Assembly: GCA_002691095.1 (NCBI GenBank)
Contig: NZGU01000028.1
Location: 15,069 to 52,286, forward strand
Direction: 5' to 3'
Source: Kiritimatiellaceae bacterium
GTDB lineage: Bacteria; Verrucomicrobiota; Kiritimatiellia; Kiritimatiellales; Pontiellaceae
DNA length: 37,218 nucleotides
Shown: positions 1-10,340 of the stretch, piece by piece
Numbering within the stretch: position 1 is the first letter of the stretch
Layout of the letters: each line of letters opens with the position of its first letter
Program-made: the position numbers and the translations under genes
Notes under the pieces: model-generated
Seen by the model: only the letters and a program-made list of their open reading frames with translations
Told to the model about the DNA's origin: nothing
Database searches by the model: none

Positions 1-543
1 CATCCCGCTGAAAAACTGCTTCTCACACTGATCCAGAAGAAAATAGCTGTCTACTCTCCCCATACGGCATTAGATGCCGTGAAAGGCGGCGTGAACGACT
101 GGTTAACGCAAGGGCTCGGCGCGGCTAGAACCCTTCCCATACAAACCGGAAACGATCAGGAAGCGAGTTCAGTACGACGCGTTGAACTTCATCGCGAAGT
201 CAGCTTAGCAACCCTTTCTAAACGAATGAAAGCCCATTTGAATGCCCCGTATCTACGCGTTGCCGACGGGGGCAAGAAAACGATTAAAACGGTTGCCTGC
301 TGCGCGGGAGCAGGATCTTCCGTCCTTGAAGGGATTGATGCCGATTGCTATCTAACGGGAGAAATGAGCCATCATGCGGTCTTAGCTGCCAATGCGGCAG
401 GACGTTCCATTATTTTATCTGAACATACCCATACAGAACGTGGATACTTACCCCTATACCAGGATCAGATTCAGCAAGCATTGAACCATCGCCTTATACC
501 TGAAATATCGGAACAAGACCGAGACCCACTACAACTAAAATAG
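1..543 (+). CDS. NIF3/YbgI-family (GTP cyclohydrolase I type 2-like) dinuclear metal protein, 5'-truncated by the window edge
   Basis: Frame is open from base 1 (HPAEKLLLTLIQKKIAVYSPHTALDAVKGGVNDWL). Motifs: VACCAGAG, YLTGEMSHH, EHTHTERGYL, C-terminal DRDPL. Confidence 0.9.
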   Translation, partial: HPAEKLLLTLIQKKIAVYSPHTALDAVKGGVNDWLTQGLGAARTLPIQTGNDQEASSVRRVELHREVSLATLSKRMKAHLNAPYLRVADGGKKTIKTVACCAGAGSSVLEGIDADCYLTGEMSHHAVLAANAAGRSIILSEHTHTERGYLPLYQDQIQQALNHRLIPEISEQDRDPLQLK

Positions 544-555
544 AATGAGAAGCAT

Positions 556-1584
556 ATGAAAAAGAAAAAATCTGCCTATGCCGAAGCCGGTGTTGATATT
601 GATGTGATGATGAACTCACTTAAACGCATTGGGAAAAAAGTCAAACAAACCAATACCCCTGGAGTCGTCAGCGAACTGGGTTCCTTTGGAGGTCTGTTCA
701 AATCTCCCGGTAAAGATCATCTGCTTGTCAGCTCGGTCGATGGTGTCGGCACAAAACTTAAAGTTGCTCATATGGCCAACCGACATGATACAGTCGGACA
801 GGATTTAGTGAATCACTGCGTAAATGACATTCTAGTGCAAGGCGCCAAACCGCTTTTTTTCTTAGACTATCTCGGTGCAGCCGCTTTAGAACCCCACGTT
901 TTCGAATCGGTTGTTAGCGGTTTTTGCAAAGCCTGTAGGCAAAACAATATGGCATTGTTAGGAGGAGAAACAGCTGAGATGCCGGGATTATATCCTCCTG
1001 GAGAGTATGATTTAGTTGGAACAGTGGTCGGAAGCGTTGAACGTAAAAGAGTGATCACGGGGAATAAGATAAAGAGAGGTAATATCCTGATCGGTCTACC
1101 CTCAACCGGCCTGCAAACCAATGGCTATTCATTGGCTCGTAAAGTTATTTTTGATCAAGCAGGTCTGACCTTGCAGGATTATGTACCGGGTACCAAAACG
1201 ACGATTGAGAAAGCTCTTCTTGCTATTCATAAAAGCTATCTAAATCCTGTTACAGCGGTCATGAAAAAAATTAATATTCGCGGCATGGCGCATATCACAG
1301 GCGGCGGGTTATATGACAACATTCCACGCGTACTACCCGAAGGACTTGATGCTGTGATCCATACGGCTAGCTGGAAACCTCAGCCTATCTTCAGCTTCAT
1401 CCACGAAGCTGGCAAGATCGACTATGATGAAATGTTCCGTGTCTTTAACATGGGTATTGGCTTCATCCTGATCGTCTCTCCCAAAGATGTGGAATCCACA
1501 CTGGCGTGTTTGAAACGTGAAAAACAACCGGCAAAGATTATCGGCGAAATTAAGCAAGGTAGCGGCAAAACGGTTCTCCAATAG
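556..1584 (+). CDS. purM: Phosphoribosylformylglycinamidine cyclo-ligase (AIR synthetase)
   Basis: YAEAGVDI, DGVGTKLKVA, GQDLVNHCVNDILVQGAKPLFFLDY, GGETAEMPG, AHITGGG, FNMGIG motifs. Confidence 0.97.
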   Translation: MKKKKSAYAEAGVDIDVMMNSLKRIGKKVKQTNTPGVVSELGSFGGLFKSPGKDHLLVSSVDGVGTKLKVAHMANRHDTVGQDLVNHCVNDILVQGAKPLFFLDYLGAAALEPHVFESVVSGFCKACRQNNMALLGGETAEMPGLYPPGEYDLVGTVVGSVERKRVITGNKIKRGNILIGLPSTGLQTNGYSLARKVIFDQAGLTLQDYVPGTKTTIEKALLAIHKSYLNPVTAVMKKINIRGMAHITGGGLYDNIPRVLPEGLDAVIHTASWKPQPIFSFIHEAGKIDYDEMFRVFNMGIGFILIVSPKDVESTLACLKREKQPAKIIGEIKQGSGKTVLQ

Positions 1585-1599
1585 AGAACCAACGACAGA

Positions 1600-3546
1600 C
1601 TACTCCCCGTCTAGAAAGCCTTCCAGTTTACGAATACGAGTGGGGTGACGCATTTTACGTAGCGCTTTCGCTTCAATCTGACGAATCCGCTCTCGGGTTA
1701 CGTTAAATTTACGTCCGACCTCTTCCAAGGTTCTCGGATAGCCATCAACTAGACCAAAACGCAACGTCAGTACTTCCTGCTCACGCTCGGTTAATGTTAA
1801 CAATACATCACTGATTTTCTCTTTGAGCAAGCTGAAGGCCGTTACTTCATCCGGCTTCTCGGCTGCCTTATCTTCGATAAAATCACCAAAATGCGTATCT
1901 TCACTATCTCCAATCGGCGATTGAAGCGAAATCGGCTGTTGCGCAATCTTCAAGATCGCCCGTACGCGATCAACCGCAAGGTCCATCTCTTCCGCCAGCT
2001 CTTCCGGTGTAGCTTCCCGACCAAACTCTTGAAGCAACTGTTTCTGGATACGCATCAGCTTATTAATGGTCTCGATCATATGCACCGGAATACGAATCGT
2101 CCGTGCCTGATCGGCAATCGAGCGCGTGATCGCCTGCCGAATCCACCACGTTGCATATGTACTGAATTTGTACCCCCGACGATACTCAAATTTTTCGACC
2201 GCTTTCATGAGCCCCATATTGCCTTCCTGAATCAAATCCAAGAAAGAGAGACCTCGGTTTGTATACTTCTTGGCAATACTAATAACCAATCGCAAGTTGG
2301 CCTCAATCATCTCTGTTTTAGCCCGCAACCCTTTTCTCAACCAAACCTTCAGCGTTTTATGATGCTCCTGAAATTCTACACGGTCCATTTGCAGATAGAG
2401 TTCCAATTCGGAAAGCTCTTTGCGCACAGCACGCAACTGCTTCTTCGCATCTTTTGCGCGACTTTTTTTCAACCGTTCTTCTTCCTGCAGGATGCCACTC
2501 ATCTTTTTAAAATAAATGTCAACTTCTGGAACAATATCCTCAATGGCTTTTTGCTTAAAATGTAGTTCTTTAAACAAATTTGAGAGTCGCTGTTGCGCCG
2601 CATTAAAGTTGCGTATCGCTCTTTTATACGCTTCAGAATCTTTTTTCGCCGCGCTGTATTCCTTGTAATATTTAAGTTTGCTCTCGCGGTTTCTATCAAT
2701 CCCCTTCAGCACTTTGGGCAGATCATTAAAATAATCTTCACGGCACTCAACATGCTTATCGGAAATGATGCGGTCGAAGCGTTCTTTGCCCTCCTCCAGC
2801 CGTTTGATAACGCCTAGGTAAGCATCGGTTGCACAACCCAGTCGGTTGAACATACTGGTCGTTGCAATTTCCGCCTCTTCAATACGCATTGAAATCTCAA
2901 CCTCTTGCTCACGAGTTAAGAGAGGCACCTGACCCATCTGCTTCAAATACATCCGAACGGGGTCATCCAGCACATCGCTGCGCGAATTTTGCTTGTCCGC
3001 CTGCTCCTTCTCCATGCGAGCCTGATACTCTTCAACATCATCCTGCTTGATGATGTCGATCTCCATACTCTGGAGCAATCCCACGATTTTTTCGATATCT
3101 TCAACCGAAACCAAATCTTCCGGAAACGCTTCGTTGATGTCTTCAAATGTTAAAAAGCCGTGTTCAGCCGCAAGCGCCATTAAATCTTTAATGCGATCAT
3201 TTCGCTCTTCCCGCTCCATAATCGATGTAGAACTGGCTCCTTCATCTACATTCAAAACCACTGTCTTTGCTTCCGTAGTTTCGCTTTTTTTCGTGCTGTT
3301 TTTTTCCGTTTTCTTAACAGATTCACTCTTTTTTGGAGCTTTACTTGCTTTCGTCACCGTTTTTTTCGTGCTGGCTTTCTTCGCGCTACTTTTTTTTGCG
3401 ACACTCTTTTTTACAACCTTTTTCTTCACTGGAGCTTTCTTCTGCGTCACCTTCTTAGATGCACTTTTTTTCGTAGTTGTCTTTTTTGCGGTAGCTTTGC
3501 GTGCAACGATTGTTTTCTTGGAAGAGCTGGTTTTTTTCTTGGACAT
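1600..3546 (-). CDS. rpoD: Primary RNA polymerase sigma-70 factor with a Lys/Ser/Thr-rich N-terminal extension
   Basis: Region 1.2 [12 protein letters not shown], region 2 [13 protein letters not shown] and [16 protein letters not shown], region 4 [26 protein letters not shown]. Confidence 0.97.
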   Translation of the reverse strand: MSKKKTSSSKKTIVARKATAKKTTTKKSASKKVTQKKAPVKKKVVKKSVAKKSSAKKASTKKTVTKASKAPKKSESVKKTEKNSTKKSETTEAKTVVLNVDEGASSTSIMEREERNDRIKDLMALAAEHGFLTFEDINEAFPEDLVSVEDIEKIVGLLQSMEIDIIKQDDVEEYQARMEKEQADKQNSRSDVLDDPVRMYLKQMGQVPLLTREQEVEISMRIEEAEIATTSMFNRLGCATDAYLGVIKRLEEGKERFDRIISDKHVECREDYFNDLPKVLKGIDRNRESKLKYYKEYSAAKKDSEAYKRAIRNFNAAQQRLSNLFKELHFKQKAIEDIVPEVDIYFKKMSGILQEEERLKKSRAKDAKKQLRAVRKELSELELYLQMDRVEFQEHHKTLKVWLRKGLRAKTEMIEANLRLVISIAKKYTNRGLSFLDLIQEGNMGLMKAVEKFEYRRGYKFSTYATWWIRQAITRSIADQARTIRIPVHMIETINKLMRIQKQLLQEFGREATPEELAEEMDLAVDRVRAILKIAQQPISLQSPIGDSEDTHFGDFIEDKAAEKPDEVTAFSLLKEKISDVLLTLTEREQEVLTLRFGLVDGYPRTLEEVGRKFNVTRERIRQIEAKALRKMRHPTRIRKLEGFLDGE

Positions 3547-3599
3547 GAAATTAAATACCTATAAATACTTTAAATATTGTATCGAGCAGCGAATTGTTA

Positions 3600-3628
3600 A
3601 TTAAAAGTGAAGAGAGCGAGTGCGTCAA
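3600..3628 (-). promoter_or_regulatory. Putative sigma70 promoter of rpoD
   Basis: Minus strand reads TTGACG-N17-TTTAAT, ending about 55 nt upstream of the rpoD ATG. Confidence 0.55.
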
Positions 3629-3664
3629 CGATAACGTAGCTAAAAATGAGCCGTTAATGACATT

Positions 3665-5842
3665 ATGAAAATCGGAGTTAAAAAGCGAAGCGATCAAAAC
3701 CCTGCCCAATCACTCTCTCATCAACAGTGGATTGAGGGCTGGAAACTGGGTATAGGCCCGGCAGCCCATCGCACTCACCTAGACAGCTCCTACGGTATTT
3801 ATCTGGCGGAAAACGGCCTAATTGGTTTTGGTGAAAAAGAGAAAGGTGCGCTCTCTCTAGATATGGAGCTAAACGATCGCATCGTTCACTTGTTTGACGG
3901 ACTTATCATCTACAACGAAAAAAAGAGGAGACGAAGTACAATCGAACTCATAGTGATAGAGGACGGCATTCTCTATGGAAAAATCATCAACCGGAATAAT
4001 CCTAAACTCATTCCCGCTGAAATGGTTAATACCTCTCATCAAATGTTTCAGATTGAGTCATTTGATCGACAAACCGTTCTTCAGCAAAGAGATTGTTATT
4101 TCTGCTGCATACATACCCATTTAGACCATCCCAATTTATCTGAAAAATTTGACCATATCTTTGATATCGATTTTGAGGTGGAACTCGAAAACAGACTTGT
4201 CTCAAGGGTACAACAACGAGTGCCAGCTAGTCAGTCGAAGGACCAAAATGAACTCCATTTTCTTTGCATAGAGTTGATGCAAGGTTCGCTTCAGCCAAGT
4301 TCAGAACGCATTCAAGGGCTATGGTCCAACAACCGTGCAACCCACAACGAGGCTGTGGATGTAAATACAACCCTCATCCAGATACTGGCGTGGGCCCCCT
4401 CAGAACTAGAGATAGCCGAATCTCTACTCACCACTATTTTACGCTTGCAGACATCAAGCGGATCGATTCCCAGTGCCATAGATACGAAGGGTTTAATTAT
4501 CGATCTCGCAGCCCCGAAACCCATTATTTGTATGGTTGCCGAAGAAGTTCTCTCCAAACGTAAAGATCCTGATCTCATTGCGACCATGTTGCCCAAGCTA
4601 GCCCGCTATTTAAGCTGGATTCTGTCGCATTTTGATCCCACCCGCCGCGGCATTCATCGCTGGAGAAATCAATCGGAGCCCCTTGAAAAAGATATATATG
4701 AAACGGAATTGGCAACCGCAGATCTTTCGGCTCTGCTCCTTAACGAGATTGAATCGCTCGAGAGAATCGCTAGCTGGCAGCAGCAGTCTACCTCCCTACT
4801 AAAACAATTTTACGATGATAAAACCCGCATCATATCCAACTTGGAGAATTTATTTTGGAACGAGTCCAAAAAAGACTACTCCATCGCGTGGGCTCGGGAG
4901 AAAAAATACGTGTTAGACGGATACGGTGCATTACTTCCTATGATGTGTAAAAGCCTAAAAAAAGGTGCCAAAGAAGTCATGATTGAGCGACTACAGCAAG
5001 GCGAGCTTACGGGCAAAACCTTGCACCACACATCCTGGCGTGAAATCGATCTCTCTAACGATGAACTTCCGATTTTGCAGAAAATACTTTTCATCAAGGC
5101 ACTCGCTCATGTTGATCCCGGTAATTCCATTGTTTACGACTATTTACGGTTGTCGATGAGTGGCTTTATTGACTTCTATATTGCTAAACAAAAGCAAGTA
5201 AACCAAAAATCAATCACCTTGGCCAATGCAGCCTATGTCATGTTGGTGAACTACCAATACGACCAGCACTATCAAATTGCAAACCCTCTGATAAACAGCA
5301 TCGTACGGTCATTGAAAAGAGCCAAAATTGACCGCGTGGATTTATCTATTTTCGCATCGGTAGCCATTCTATTAATCGGAGTAAGAACCTTTTATGCGCT
5401 TCAGGAAAGTCCTCAACCACTATCGATTCTGCAAACTGAAATGCATATTGCATATAATGAATTAGATTTCCTTACTACGATTGAAACAGCTACTCAAATT
5501 ATGGAGCACTATCCAGAAGAAGCGAGTCGAGCCAGGTTGTATCAAGCTAATATAGCCCTACAATTCGATAATCCCGAAGTGGCGTTGCAAATGCTTACTC
5601 CCTTGAGAGAGCGCTTCCCCGATAGCCCAGGTCCCATGCTTCTAGAAGCCATCTCACTTCATCAACTTCAACGGTTTGAGGATGCCAGTCAGTGCTATTT
5701 TGAGTTCTGCTACCTCTTTGATGAAATTTTCCCCAAAATTGTTGAAGATGCAAAATTTTTCCATTTTTTACTGCAAGAACAGCTAGCACTACCCAATAAT
5801 TGGCGCGTTATTTATGGACATAGAATCTGTCATGAAATTTAA
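3665..5842 (+). CDS. Membrane protein with a degenerate GH63/MGH1/trehalase-like (alpha/alpha)6 barrel, one TM helix and a C-terminal TPR-like region
   Basis: MLPKLARYLSWIL, ATADLSALLLNEIESLERIA and LENLFWNESKKDY resemble six-hairpin glycosidase segments. Hydrophobic LSIFASVAILLIGV is followed by TPR-like helices (ARLYQANIALQFDNPEVALQML, HQLQRFEDASQCY). Confidence 0.6.
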   Translation: MKIGVKKRSDQNPAQSLSHQQWIEGWKLGIGPAAHRTHLDSSYGIYLAENGLIGFGEKEKGALSLDMELNDRIVHLFDGLIIYNEKKRRRSTIELIVIEDGILYGKIINRNNPKLIPAEMVNTSHQMFQIESFDRQTVLQQRDCYFCCIHTHLDHPNLSEKFDHIFDIDFEVELENRLVSRVQQRVPASQSKDQNELHFLCIELMQGSLQPSSERIQGLWSNNRATHNEAVDVNTTLIQILAWAPSELEIAESLLTTILRLQTSSGSIPSAIDTKGLIIDLAAPKPIICMVAEEVLSKRKDPDLIATMLPKLARYLSWILSHFDPTRRGIHRWRNQSEPLEKDIYETELATADLSALLLNEIESLERIASWQQQSTSLLKQFYDDKTRIISNLENLFWNESKKDYSIAWAREKKYVLDGYGALLPMMCKSLKKGAKEVMIERLQQGELTGKTLHHTSWREIDLSNDELPILQKILFIKALAHVDPGNSIVYDYLRLSMSGFIDFYIAKQKQVNQKSITLANAAYVMLVNYQYDQHYQIANPLINSIVRSLKRAKIDRVDLSIFASVAILLIGVRTFYALQESPQPLSILQTEMHIAYNELDFLTTIETATQIMEHYPEEASRARLYQANIALQFDNPEVALQMLTPLRERFPDSPGPMLLEAISLHQLQRFEDASQCYFEFCYLFDEIFPKIVEDAKFFHFLLQEQLALPNNWRVIYGHRICHEI

Positions 5843-6176
5843 ATTTTTATTCAAAAAAATCGTCCTTGGAATGGGGTTCCTACTCTTACTCTCCTCCACG
5901 GGTTGTTCTAAAGAAGAGCAGCACGCATTTCTCTTTTGGTGTGTTCGACCCGAGCAAGTTACGAAAGAAATTAGAGTGGAGGGTTTAACCGCTCAAAAGA
6001 AAAGCCTTGTTGAAAACAAACTACGTCAACTGGATGGATTCGTTTCCTGTACAATTAATAACGAGTGTAATAAGATGACAATCCAATATAACTCCTCTGC
6101 CACACGCTATATGAATTTTGAAAGAATACTCGAAGAACAAGAGATCACGGTTCTTTCTCATGAGCGCCTTCCCTAA
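5832..6176 (+). CDS. Putative lipoprotein with an HMA-like (ferredoxin-like) fold lacking the CxxC motif
   Basis: ATG 5832 gives a basic N-terminus, hydrophobic stretch and lipobox-like STGC. EIRVEGLT, VENKLRQLDGF and MTIQYNS follow the HMA pattern. Overlaps both neighbours. Confidence 0.6.
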   Translation: MKFKFLFKKIVLGMGFLLLLSSTGCSKEEQHAFLFWCVRPEQVTKEIRVEGLTAQKKSLVENKLRQLDGFVSCTINNECNKMTIQYNSSATRYMNFERILEEQEITVLSHERLP

Positions 6177-7663
6177 TGAAATTAAACCTCTCAAAAAAAC
6201 CTATTCACACCGTTGCTGCGGATCTACTGATCATCTTAACGCAAGGCGAGAATCCTCTGTTATCGGAGGAGCTTTCTCACCTCCGTCCACTTCTCAAGAA
6301 ATACATGAAAAAAAAGGCATTCGCAGGCAAACGGGGCGAGACAACACTCATGCAGATAGAGGAGCTCAACGTATCCTCTATACTGCTAGCCGGATGCGGC
6401 ACGAAAAAGTTGGAGCCTTTTACCGTCGAACGCGCCATATCGAGTGCCATACGTTTCGGCATATCGGAAGGATGTCGCTCATTTATTCTGCTCGATCACA
6501 TTCCCTCGTATGACTGGGATCCCTCGCTGTATCATACTCTTTCCGGCAGAGCCGCCATCTGGGGAAGCTATACCTTTACCGCCGGGAAAAGTACTTGCTC
6601 CACGATTAAGGGTCTCAAAACTACGTTTACGGGCGACCGCTCCCATCGTGCCCTAATCAATAGAGCTCAAATACAAGGTGATGCCTTGTTAAAAACAGCC
6701 AACCTAGCCAACCTACCTGGCAATCTTGCTACACCAAAGACGATTGCTACCTATGCAAAAGAGCTCGCTGATAGCTGCTCCCTATCTTGTAAAATTATGG
6801 GAGAAAATCAGCTCAGGAAAAATGGTTTTGGAGGCGTTTTGGCTGTTTCAGCAGGCAGCGAAACAGAACCCCAGCTCATACAATTAGAACACAATATCAA
6901 AAACAGATCTCAACGTCCGCTGGTTCTCGTGGGCAAGACAGTCACCTTTGATAGTGGAGGAATTAGCCTGAAGCCGGGAAAAAATATGGATTGGATGCGG
7001 TACGATAAATCCGGCGGTATGGCCGTGCTGGCTGCCATGCATATGATCAGTGAATGGGAACTCAACATCCCTGTTATCGGCATATTAGGAGCCGCTGAAA
7101 ACATGCCCGGTGGTGCTGCCACAAGACCGGGTGATATTATTCACATGTATAATGGAAAAACAGTCGAAGTCCTCAATACCGACGCAGAGGGTCGCTTAAT
7201 TCTGGCAGACGCAATCAGCTATGCAGCTGCTCAATACAACCCACGCGCCATTGTAGATGTTGCTACGTTAACCGGTGCCGTGATTGTTGCCCTCGGGCAT
7301 GCAGCATCAGCGATACTGGGAAATGATCAATCCCTCGTCGAAGCCTTGTTGACGGCAGGCCATAAGAGCGGAGAACGCCTCTGGCAACTTCCGTTATTTG
7401 ATGAGTACGCGGAAGATATGCAATCGCAATTTGCCGACCTATCGAATCTGTCAAAAAGCGGAAGTGCAGGCACGGCAACGGCTGCTGCATTCTTAAATGA
7501 GTTTGTACCCAAACAAACAGCTTGGGCGCATCTTGATATTGCCGGAACCGCTTGGGAGATGAGCTCTACATCCCATCAAGCAGCAGGCGCCACCTTGTTT
7601 GGCGCCCGCCTGCTAACTCAATGGGTAGAGACCTGTGCTAATAACGATAATGCGCTGGCTTGA
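6176..7663 (+). CDS. pepA: Leucyl aminopeptidase (peptidase M17)
   Basis: [63 protein letters not shown] coupling with the upstream gene. Confidence 0.95.
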   Translation: MKLNLSKKPIHTVAADLLIILTQGENPLLSEELSHLRPLLKKYMKKKAFAGKRGETTLMQIEELNVSSILLAGCGTKKLEPFTVERAISSAIRFGISEGCRSFILLDHIPSYDWDPSLYHTLSGRAAIWGSYTFTAGKSTCSTIKGLKTTFTGDRSHRALINRAQIQGDALLKTANLANLPGNLATPKTIATYAKELADSCSLSCKIMGENQLRKNGFGGVLAVSAGSETEPQLIQLEHNIKNRSQRPLVLVGKTVTFDSGGISLKPGKNMDWMRYDKSGGMAVLAAMHMISEWELNIPVIGILGAAENMPGGAATRPGDIIHMYNGKTVEVLNTDAEGRLILADAISYAAAQYNPRAIVDVATLTGAVIVALGHAASAILGNDQSLVEALLTAGHKSGERLWQLPLFDEYAEDMQSQFADLSNLSKSGSAGTATAAAFLNEFVPKQTAWAHLDIAGTAWEMSSTSHQAAGATLFGARLLTQWVETCANNDNALA

Positions 7664-9065
7664 ACGGTCCCTCTTGAGGAACACCCAAGTACTTTGCCTG
7701 GCGACGATTCAAGCTGTCCAATTCGACACCCAGTTTTTCAAGATGTAACCGAGCCACCTCTTCATCGAGCAGTTTAGGTAGGGTGTACACACCCACAGGA
7801 TAGCTCTCAATATTTGTGAACAACTCAATCTGAGCCAACACCTGGTTCGTAAAACTATTCGACATCACAAAACTTGGATGTCCCGTTGCACACCCCAAGT
7901 TTGCCAACCGACCCTCTGCAAGCAACAAAATACTCCGGCCACTTGGAAACGTAATTTTATCAACTTGCGGCTTAATGTTCGTCCATTCGTATTTCTTGAT
8001 CTTTTCAACCTGAATCTCGGAATCAAAATGACCGATGTTACAAACAATCGCCATATCCTTCATCTTTTTCATATGACGCTCTGTAATCACATCACAACAG
8101 CCCGTAGTCGTAACAAACACATCCCCGATCGCTGCAGCATCATCCATCGACATCACATCATATCCCTCCATCGAGGCTTGCAACGCGCAGATAGGATCAA
8201 CTTCCGTCACAATGATACGAGCGCCCTGCCCTTTCAAGGACTGCACCGAGCCTTTACCCACATCACCATAACCAGCCACAACAGCCACCTTGCCCGAAAG
8301 CATAACATCCGTAGCACGCATAATCGCGTCCACTAGCGAATGACGACAGCCGTATAAGTTGTCAAATTTTGTCTTCGTGACCGAATCGTTCACATTGATA
8401 GCCGGGAAAAGAAGCTCCCCTTTTTCATCCATCTGATAAAGCCGGTGAACTCCTGTTGTAGTCTCCTCAGAAACTCCCATGATGCCAGCAGCGATTCGAG
8501 AAAAGCGTGTTGGATCTTTCTTTAACGCTTTTTTCAGCTGAGCGTACAGAATACCTTCTTCAACGCTCTCTGGCTTCTTATCTAAGATTTCGGGGTTCGA
8601 CTCCGCTTTCACCCCCAGATGAACAAACAACGTTGCGTCTCCTCCATCATCTAGAATCAGGTTTGGCCCCTTTCCATTTCCCCAATCCAGGATTTTATCG
8701 GTATAAGCCCAATAATCTTCTAATGACTCGCCTTTGATGGCATAAACCGGTGTTCCCGTTTTAGCGATGGCAGCCGCGGCATGATCCTGAGTTGAAAAGA
8801 CATTGCAACTAGCCCAACGAACTTTTGCCCCCAATTCCTGCAGCGTTTCGATCAACATCGCCGTTTGAATGGTCATATGTAGAGAACCTGTAATATGCGC
8901 TCCCTTCAACGGTTTTTCCTTACCATACTTTTCCCGCAACGCCATCAGCCCGGGCATCTCATACTCAGCCAGTTCCATCTCTTTGCGCCCAAAATCAGCT
9001 AAGCTTAAATCTGCAACCGCATAATCAATCTGTTTCACTTTTTTCGTTTTTTTCTTCGTAGTCAC
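7638..9065 (-). CDS. ahcY: S-adenosyl-L-homocysteine hydrolase
   Basis: [61 protein letters not shown], terminal HYRY. GTG 9065 is preferred because GGAGG lies 6 nt upstream; ATG 9071 abuts the RBS. Confidence 0.97.
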   Translation of the reverse strand: MTTKKKTKKVKQIDYAVADLSLADFGRKEMELAEYEMPGLMALREKYGKEKPLKGAHITGSLHMTIQTAMLIETLQELGAKVRWASCNVFSTQDHAAAAIAKTGTPVYAIKGESLEDYWAYTDKILDWGNGKGPNLILDDGGDATLFVHLGVKAESNPEILDKKPESVEEGILYAQLKKALKKDPTRFSRIAAGIMGVSEETTTGVHRLYQMDEKGELLFPAINVNDSVTKTKFDNLYGCRHSLVDAIMRATDVMLSGKVAVVAGYGDVGKGSVQSLKGQGARIIVTEVDPICALQASMEGYDVMSMDDAAAIGDVFVTTTGCCDVITERHMKKMKDMAIVCNIGHFDSEIQVEKIKKYEWTNIKPQVDKITFPSGRSILLLAEGRLANLGCATGHPSFVMSNSFTNQVLAQIELFTNIESYPVGVYTLPKLLDEEVARLHLEKLGVELDSLNRRQAKYLGVPQEGPFKPAHYRY

Positions 9066-9078
9066 CGTCATCCTCCGT

Positions 9079-9999
9079 TCAACTGTTATGCTTCAACCCG
9101 ACGGCCATCAAAACTGACAAGTCGGGCGCAAAGCCTTTTAATGAATCAACACAAATAACATCTAATGCCGCTTCTTCCATCCACTCTCGCACTTCATCAA
9201 CATCAAAACCCAGCCACTGATCCGCCCACTGTTCACGCGTCCACTCATGATCGTGTTTTAGTAGATCTAGGATTAGCAATTTACCACCTGGCTTTAATCC
9301 GCAACTGGCACGGACGACCACATCTCGCGGCACAGAAACATGGTGCAAGGATTGTGAAAGAAAAATCGCATCGAACTGCTCACGATCAAACGAAAGCGTC
9401 TCAACGTCCGTTTGAATAAAATCAAGCCGATCCTCAAAGCCTAAAGCTCGTGCCCTTTCTCCCACCAAATCTAGCATTTTTTGCGATTGGTCCACGCACG
9501 TGACACGTTTTGCAAATCGACTAAGCATCAGGGCCAGCGTTCCTTCTCCGCATCCTAAATCAGCCACCTCGGCATCCATAAAGCCCGTTGCCAACACCGC
9601 GCCTAACGCATCCCATCCGCCTCCCGGTTCGGCTAAGGATTCATACTGTCCCGCTACTTCATCAAAAAAAGCCAGACGTTTTCGGCGGCGCTTATCCAGA
9701 ACTTTGTCAACTGCGACTGAATCCGCCTGTGCATCTGGCAGCTCTTTCAGTCTGTTTTGCAGTAGCGATTTAAAATCCGCATCATGAAAAAGAGTTCCGC
9801 AAAAATAGTACACCGATGTGCCATCCCTTCGCGAATCCAATAGAGAAACTTGCTTTAGCGGCTTCAAATGACGACTCACCGTCGATTGAGGGAGCTCGAG
9901 CGACTCCACCAATTCAGCAACCGATAATTCGGCCTGACTCACCGCTCGTAAAATTCGCAAGCGCGCTTCGTCTGCTAAAACTTTGAAAATTTCAAGCAT
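9079..9999 (-). CDS. ArsR-family HTH fused to a class I SAM-dependent methyltransferase domain (SahR-like SAM-cycle regulator)
   Basis: N-terminal [29 protein letters not shown]-terminal VADLGCGEG and SQSLHHV...[11 protein letters not shown]. Directly upstream of ahcY, the established sahR-ahcY arrangement. Confidence 0.9.
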   Translation of the reverse strand: MLEIFKVLADEARLRILRAVSQAELSVAELVESLELPQSTVSRHLKPLKQVSLLDSRRDGTSVYYFCGTLFHDADFKSLLQNRLKELPDAQADSVAVDKVLDKRRRKRLAFFDEVAGQYESLAEPGGGWDALGAVLATGFMDAEVADLGCGEGTLALMLSRFAKRVTCVDQSQKMLDLVGERARALGFEDRLDFIQTDVETLSFDREQFDAIFLSQSLHHVSVPRDVVVRASCGLKPGGKLLILDLLKHDHEWTREQWADQWLGFDVDEVREWMEEAALDVICVDSLKGFAPDLSVLMAVGLKHNS

Positions 10000-10010
10000 G
10001 GTTTATATTC

Positions 10011-10026
10011 ATCCGCTAATCCGGAT
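10011..10026. promoter_or_regulatory. Candidate operator of the SahR-like regulator
   Basis: Inverted repeat ATCCG-CTAATC-CGGAT, 11 nt upstream of the regulator's ATG. Confidence 0.5.
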
Positions 10027-10076
10027 AAGTGAATCCAATGCGGGATAGAATGGCAAGATTATTAAACCAAAAACCA

Positions 10077-10322
10077 CTAAGCAAACTGTATGAAGACAGC
10101 TAGTAACAAGAGTAGTAGAACCAATACTGACAGAAAAATACTGACGTATTTTCTATTCTCATCCTTTCTTCCCAGATGAATGAGACGCCGAAGGCCTTGG
10201 TTACTGCTGCGACGCCGACGTTTTTTATCTCCCACATCTTGAGAACGCTTTTTGCGATGATTAGGAATCTGAGGTTTTTTGCTCTTAACAGAATCCCCTG
10301 AACTGTAAATATCAGTACTCAT
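10077..10322 (-). CDS. Small hypothetical protein, basic N-terminus and C-terminal TM helix
   Basis: 81-aa ATG ORF filling the gap after waaA. Contains KKRRRR and a hydrophobic tail VSIFLSVLVLLLLLLAVFIQFA. Confidence 0.65.
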   Translation of the reverse strand: MSTDIYSSGDSVKSKKPQIPNHRKKRSQDVGDKKRRRRSSNQGLRRLIHLGRKDENRKYVSIFLSVLVLLLLLLAVFIQFA

Positions 10323-10340
10323 ACATCCAAACTAATTTAA

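Noticed and set aside
1891-3604. Long plus-strand ORFs (224 aa, 185 aa) opposite rpoD
   Set aside because: Antisense shadows of a conserved gene. The Phe/Leu-rich one simply mirrors the Lys-rich tail codons.
3645-3673. dif-like sequence GCCGTTAA-TGACA-TTATGAAAAT
   Set aside because: The spacer between TAA and TTA is 5 nt rather than 6, the XerC arm is poor, and it overlaps a start codon.
7638-7663. Convergent 3' overlaps (pepA/ahcY 26 nt, glycosylase/gatB 23 nt, rnc/ABC ATPase 4 nt)
   Set aside because: Common in compact genomes, with no evidence of a special function.
10000-10076. SAH or SAM riboswitch upstream of the ahcY operon
   Set aside because: The region is short and shows no recognisable riboswitch core. 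A protein-operator palindrome explains it better.
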